A DNA stretch of 64,000 nucleotides, taken from sequence record DRR378314_166; one strand, given 5' to 3'. Shown here piece by piece: positions 59,213 through 64,000 of the stretch. Every line of letters begins with the position of its first letter. Position 1 is the first letter of the stretch. Made by a program: the position numbers and the translations under genes. The notes beneath the pieces are model-generated. The model saw nothing but the letters and a program-made list of their open reading frames with translations, searched no databases and was not told the DNA's origin.

Positions 59213-60515
59213 TACAGCACAATCATCACATTCAAGATCGCTCCTTCGGGGGGAACAAGAGACGCCTTTGCTAAGCAAGCGTCGCAAAGCAGAACGCCGC
59301 TTTAAGGCGTTAGGATTAACGGCGATTTTGATTGCCCTGACCCTGCTGGCCCTGCTGTTCTCCAGTATCGTCTCCAAAGGGTATTCGGCCTTTGCCTATA
59401 CGAGCATGACAATATCTGTCACCTTCAGCGAACAGATCATCGATCCGAAAGGGACCCGCGAAGAAGCGGCCCTGCAGAGCGCTTCTTATGGCAGTATTCT
59501 GCGTGACGCGATGCGCAAAGAGTTTCCGGAAGTGAGCTCCCGCTCTGATTTGCGGAGGCTGTTCTCACTGCCGAGTAAAGGCGCGCCGCTTGAGCTGAGG
59601 GAAATGGTACTGGAGAACCCGGACTTGATCGGTCAAACCGTCGACGTTGAACTTACGGCAAATGACGATCTGGATATGTTTAACAAGGGTTTCATCAAGC
59701 GCGATGTTGATGAGTCGGATCGGCGCATCAAGGATGACGAAATTGCCTGGTTTGATCAATTGGATCAGGCCGGCGCCATCAGCCTGAATTTCAATAGCCG
59801 TTTCTTTACGAGTGGAGACAGTCGGGAGCCGGAAATGGCTGGCATTAGAGGAGCCATCGTCGGGTCTTTCTATACGCTGCTGACAACTTTTCTGATTTCC
59901 TTCCCCATTGGTGTGATGTCCGCAATTTATCTTGAGGAGTTCGCCCCCAAGAATAAACTGACGGATATCATTGAAGTGAATATCAACAATCTGGCTGCGG
60001 TTCCGTCGATTGTCTTTGGTTTGCTGGGCCTGGCGTTGTTTTTGAATGTCATGCATCTGCCCAGATCGGCGCCCATCGTTGGAGGGCTGACACTGGCCTT
60101 GATGACTTTGCCAACGATCATTATCGCCGCGCGGGCGTCTATCCGTGCCGTTCCCGACAGTATTCGGAACGCGGCGCTGGGACTGGGCGCTTCTAAACAG
60201 CAAACCGTATTCCACCATGTACTGCCGCTTTCCATGCCTGGCATTATGACCGGAACAATTATTGGTCTGTCCCAAGCCTTGGGAGAGACAGCACCGCTTT
60301 TGATGATCGGGATGGTGGCGTTTATCGTCGACATTCCTGGCGGTGTTACCGATCCAGCCACCGTGCTGCCGGTTCAGGTCTTTTTGTGGGCGGACAGCCC
60401 GGAAAGAGCGTTTGTGGAAAAAACTTCAGGAGCTATTTTGGTTCTACTCGGGTTCCTGGTTATTATGAATGCAATGGCGGTGGTTCTTCGCAAGAAGTTC
60501 GAGCGTCGTTGGTAG
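59205..60515 (+). CDS. pstA: Phosphate ABC transporter permease
   Basis: NLAAVPSIVFGLLG, ALGETAPL. Confidence 0.95.
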   Translation: MTDTAQSSHSRSLLRGEQETPLLSKRRKAERRFKALGLTAILIALTLLALLFSSIVSKGYSAFAYTSMTISVTFSEQIIDPKGTREEAALQSASYGSILRDAMRKEFPEVSSRSDLRRLFSLPSKGAPLELREMVLENPDLIGQTVDVELTANDDLDMFNKGFIKRDVDESDRRIKDDEIAWFDQLDQAGAISLNFNSRFFTSGDSREPEMAGIRGAIVGSFYTLLTTFLISFPIGVMSAIYLEEFAPKNKLTDIIEVNINNLAAVPSIVFGLLGLALFLNVMHLPRSAPIVGGLTLALMTLPTIIIAARASIRAVPDSIRNAALGLGASKQQTVFHHVLPLSMPGIMTGTIIGLSQALGETAPLLMIGMVAFIVDIPGGVTDPATVLPVQVFLWADSPERAFVEKTSGAILVLLGFLVIMNAMAVVLRKKFERRW

Positions 60516-60533
60516 GCTTAAGGATTTAGGGAA

Positions 60534-61334
60534 ATGCAAATGCTGGCTGAAGTTGAAACACCTGAAGTTACAGACACAAAAGCGATCATCTCGGCGCGGG
60601 ATGTAAGTGTTTATTACAGTGACAAAAAAGCGCTTAACGGTGTAAGTCTGGACATTCTGGAAAACCAGATCACATCCTTAATCGGTCCCTCAGGCTGTGG
60701 TAAATCCACATTTTTGCGGTGCCTGAACCGGATGAATGACACCGTTGAAGGATGTCGGGTGGAAGGCAGCATCACACTGGATGGGCAGGATATTTATGCG
60801 CCCAACGTGGATGAAGTTCTTTTGCGGGCGCGGGTTGGCATGGTGTTCCAAAAGCCAAACCCATTTCCAAAATCGATTTATGACAATGTGGCTTACGGCC
60901 CCAGAATTCACGGTCTGGCCCGCAATAAAGATGAGCTTGATGACATTGTCCTCTCAAGCCTTGAAAAAGCGGGTCTGCTGGCAGAGGTGCGCGATCGACT
61001 GCATGCAACGGGAACCGGGCTTTCCGGGGGTCAGCAGCAGCGACTGTGTATCGCCCGTGCGTTGGCTGTGCAGCCGGAAATTATCCTGATGGATGAGCCC
61101 TGTTCTGCGCTGGATCCAATTGCGACTGCGAAAGTTGAAGAGCTGATCGAAGAGCTGCGTCAGAATTATACGATTGTCATCGTTACCCATTCCATGCAGC
61201 AGGCTGCCCGTATTTCTCAGAAAACAGCCTTCTTCCATCTGGGCGAAATTGTCGAGGTTGGAGATACAGAGAAACTGTTCACAAGCCCAAGTGACGAACG
61301 GACGCAAGGGTACATCACTGGCCGTTTTGGTTAA
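60534..61334 (+). CDS. pstB: Phosphate ABC transporter ATPase
   Basis: [42 protein letters not shown]. Confidence 0.96.
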   Translation: MQMLAEVETPEVTDTKAIISARDVSVYYSDKKALNGVSLDILENQITSLIGPSGCGKSTFLRCLNRMNDTVEGCRVEGSITLDGQDIYAPNVDEVLLRARVGMVFQKPNPFPKSIYDNVAYGPRIHGLARNKDELDDIVLSSLEKAGLLAEVRDRLHATGTGLSGGQQQRLCIARALAVQPEIILMDEPCSALDPIATAKVEELIEELRQNYTIVIVTHSMQQAARISQKTAFFHLGEIVEVGDTEKLFTSPSDERTQGYITGRFG

Positions 61335-61361
61335 ACGCTGCCATTTATAGAGGATATAGAA

Positions 61362-62108
61362 ATGAGTGGTGCAGGACATATCGTCAGATCTTTTGACGAA
61401 GACCTTCAGGAAGTCCGCAATACCATTGTACAAATGGGTGGCCTGGCAGAATCGCAGCTTGAATCAGCGACAAAAGCATTGATAGAGCGAAATTCTGACC
61501 TTGCGCAGACTGTGATCGACGGAGATCGTGAAATTGACGATCTGGAAGTTGATATTGACAATCGAGCGGTTCGTCTTCTGGCTTTGCGGAACCCGGTTGC
61601 TGATGATCTGCGTTTAGTGATTTCCGGGCTGAAAATTGCGTCCATTCTGGAACGGGTGGCCGATTATTCCGCCAACATGGCGAAACGGGTCATCGCCTTG
61701 AACCAGGGACCCACCTTAGGGCCGGTTTCAACAGTTCCGCGGATGAGTGAGCTGGTGCGGCGGATGATCCACGATACATTGACCGCCTATGCCCAGAGCG
61801 ATGCAATCCTTGCACGGGAAGTATGGCATCGGGATCAGGAAGTAGATCAACTGCATAACAGCATGTTTCGGGAACTTCTGACCTATATGATGGAAGATCC
61901 AAGAAGTATCACAGGATGCACACATTTGATTTTCATGGCGAAGAATATTGAGCGGATGGGGGACCATATGACCAACATCGCCGAAATCATCATGTATGAA
62001 GTCGAAGGTGAGGCACCAACGGAACCCCGTCCTAAAGGGGATAAAACCAGCATGACTATGTTGGATAGCGACACTATATTGTCTGGAAACGAGGCTTCCA
62101 AAGAATGA
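61362..62108 (+). CDS. phoU: Phosphate signalling complex protein
   Basis: P.ADDLR, LERVADY, ERMGDH.TNIAE. Confidence 0.95.
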   Translation: MSGAGHIVRSFDEDLQEVRNTIVQMGGLAESQLESATKALIERNSDLAQTVIDGDREIDDLEVDIDNRAVRLLALRNPVADDLRLVISGLKIASILERVADYSANMAKRVIALNQGPTLGPVSTVPRMSELVRRMIHDTLTAYAQSDAILAREVWHRDQEVDQLHNSMFRELLTYMMEDPRSITGCTHLIFMAKNIERMGDHMTNIAEIIMYEVEGEAPTEPRPKGDKTSMTMLDSDTILSGNEASKE

Positions 62109-62785
62109 ATGTATTGATAGTTGAAGACGAACCTTCGATGGTTGAACTCCTCAGATATAATCTGGAGAGCGAAGGTTTTCAGGTCACTTCTGCCTTTGAC
62201 GGAGAAGAGGCTATCTTGAGTATTGAAGAACAGAAGCCAGATATGGTTTTGCTGGACTGGATGCTTCCCAAATTATCAGGCATTGAGATTTGCCGCCGTT
62301 TACGACGGGATCAGAATTTTCGGAACCTTCCGATCATTATGATTACAGCGCGGGCCGAAGAGACAGACCGGATTCGGGGATTGGATGTTGGCGCAGATGA
62401 TTATGTGTCAAAGCCATTTTCACCAGCCGAACTGTTAGCCCGTATTCGCGCAGTCCTGCGGCGTCATAATCCAAATCTGGGACAGGATACAATCACGGTT
62501 GCCGATGTCACGCTGGATCTGGTTGCTTATAAGGTCAGTAGAGGAAATCGCGATCTGCATCTGGGTCCGACTGAATTTAAACTGCTGAAATTCTTTATGG
62601 AGCGGGCCGGCCGTGTTCTAACGCGGGAGCAGCTTCTGGATGGGGTCTGGGGGCAGGGGGTCTACGTCGAGGACCGGACTGTGGATGTGCATATCCGGCG
62701 TCTGAGAAAGGCGCTGAATGACAATGAAGACGTTGACTTGATCCGCACAGTGCGGGCGGTTGGATATTGTTTTGAAAAGGGTTAA
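62105..62785 (+). CDS. phoB: Phosphate regulon response regulator
   Basis: LLDWMLP, GADDYV.KPFS, LGPTEF, RTVDVHIRRLRK. Confidence 0.95.
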   Translation: MNVLIVEDEPSMVELLRYNLESEGFQVTSAFDGEEAILSIEEQKPDMVLLDWMLPKLSGIEICRRLRRDQNFRNLPIIMITARAEETDRIRGLDVGADDYVSKPFSPAELLARIRAVLRRHNPNLGQDTITVADVTLDLVAYKVSRGNRDLHLGPTEFKLLKFFMERAGRVLTREQLLDGVWGQGVYVEDRTVDVHIRRLRKALNDNEDVDLIRTVRAVGYCFEKG

Positions 62786-62824
62786 GTCCCTTTTCAACCG
62801 CTCCGGGATGTTAGGCTGAGTTTC

Positions 62825-63466
62825 TTATTTGGACGCATCCGCGATGTGGGAGCGAAGCCTGTCCAGTAAAGCGGAAACCTGACCGCCATTTTGACTGATA
62901 ACGCTTGAGAATTCATCCCGGTGTGTAAGGGCCATGCTTACATTTTCGACCATGATGTCGATAATTTTAAGCTCTCCAGATTTGTTCTCACGAACCCGCC
63001 AGTCGAGCTTGATCTTTGGGCCTTTGGGCCGAATGATTTCAGAATTGACGACATATTCTTTTTTGTTCAGCGGCTTCGCCTTCACAATATTCAGGTTTTC
63101 GCCTGAATATTCGCCAATCCGTTTTTGGTAGGTTTTGATGATATAGGTCTGAAACAAATCCTGATATTCAGATTTTTCTTCTGTCGAAGCTTTGCGCCAG
63201 TTTTTGCCAAGGACAAAGCGACTGATGATTTTCATATCAAAGTCGCGTTCAACCAGAAGCTTGAATTTTTCCTGCTTCTTGGCATCCGGCAGTTTGTCGT
63301 CAGAGAGAATTTGGACAGCTTCATTTCCAAGCTTTTCAACCAGTTTTACAGCCTGGGTTTCAGTCTCAGTCGCGGCCGCTGCATAGGAGACAACTGGAGA
63401 AAGGGACGGAAGCGCAGTTAAAACCGCTACACCCACTGCCATAGCCATCAATGTGCGGGACAACAT
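62825..63466 (-). CDS. mlaC: Phospholipid-binding protein MlaC/Ttg2D
   Basis: FD...ISRFVLG..W, DWR, IIDI.VE.VS...HR.EF. Confidence 0.9.
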   Translation of the reverse strand: MLSRTLMAMAVGVAVLTALPSLSPVVSYAAAATETETQAVKLVEKLGNEAVQILSDDKLPDAKKQEKFKLLVERDFDMKIISRFVLGKNWRKASTEEKSEYQDLFQTYIIKTYQKRIGEYSGENLNIVKAKPLNKKEYVVNSEIIRPKGPKIKLDWRVRENKSGELKIIDIMVENVSMALTHRDEFSSVISQNGGQVSALLDRLRSHIADASK

Positions 63467-63484
63467 TTGCTGCGCTCCTACTGA

Positions 63485-64000
63485 TTAGTTGGAAGTGGTT
63501 GCTGATTGATCTTCAGCAGAATTATCTTCTTCAAACAGAAGCGATACCCGATCAACAGCGGGGTTGTCGTCTTCAAACTCGAATGAAATGTCGGGCAGCG
63601 GTGTTTCCGATGCCTCTCCATCCAAAATCAGGTTTTGCCGATTTTGGCGATAAAGACTGCGGATGGCCGCATAGAAATCGATCGAGTTCTTTTCAATTTC
63701 ATCCAGCTCTTTCAAGGACTGAGCACGGAAATGTACAGCAGTCGCGCCGCCACGATAGAGTGGGAAATTGTGGACGTTATTGCTATGGGCTACCAAATTG
63801 GCCGGATCGATGAAGTGTTCGCCGACCATGCCGACGGCTTCACGTGTGGTATTTGGCCCCAAGATTGGGAGCACTAAATATGGACCTTCACCGGCGCCCC
63901 AGACAGCGAAAGTCTGACCGAGGTCTTCTTCGTCAGTGTCGATTTGTGCGACATCAAACAGTCCACCAAATCCAAGTAGCGTATTTGTGAAAAACGCGCC
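63485..64000 (-). CDS. mlaA: MlaA/VacJ lipoprotein (5' part outside window)
   Basis: Frame open to the window edge: RFFTNTLLGFGGLFD..EDLGQTFAVWG..GPYLVLPILGP, D.Y..RS.Y.Q.R. Confidence 0.9.
   Translation of the reverse strand, partial: GAFFTNTLLGFGGLFDVAQIDTDEEDLGQTFAVWGAGEGPYLVLPILGPNTTREAVGMVGEHFIDPANLVAHSNNVHNFPLYRGGATAVHFRAQSLKELDEIEKNSIDFYAAIRSLYRQNRQNLILDGEASETPLPDISFEFEDDNPAVDRVSLLFEEDNSAEDQSATTSN

Noticed and set aside
1-64000. CRISPR arrays, rRNA/tRNA genes, IS elements, prophage genes
   Set aside because: No periodic repeat-spacer pattern, cloverleaf, transposase or phage hallmark recognised by eye; small RNAs could have been missed

Overview
Chromosomal window from a free-living, probably marine alphaproteobacterium. 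The class follows from the ALAS-type hemA, the pdxH-lipoprotein-dnaJ-fabI-aroC order, the cpa/tad pili and the CtrA boxes; a Sneathiella/Rhodospirillales-like identity is only an impression. Bases 1-25.3 kb are mostly housekeeping and metabolic genes. Between dusA and metG (25.4-35.8 kb) lies a mosaic accessory block: two orphan secreted proteins, a DUF6455-like gene with an FNR box, an AT-rich permease, a dsyB-like DMSP-synthesis methyltransferase, a second methyltransferase, an SdpA/AAD-12-like Fe(II)/2-oxoglutarate dioxygenase, a truncated ABC binding protein, a cupin and an SDR. Bases 37.7-53.9 kb hold a complete Tad/Flp pilus locus with CtrA boxes, two Cys-extended pilins, a CpaF with an apparently duplicated N-terminal domain and a TPR-SPOR lipoprotein. 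The window ends with a sirtuin, phoR-pstSCAB-phoU-phoB with Pho boxes, and mlaC/mlaA. No rRNA, tRNA, CRISPR array, integrase or transposase was recognised. All family calls come from visual motif recognition, not database searches.
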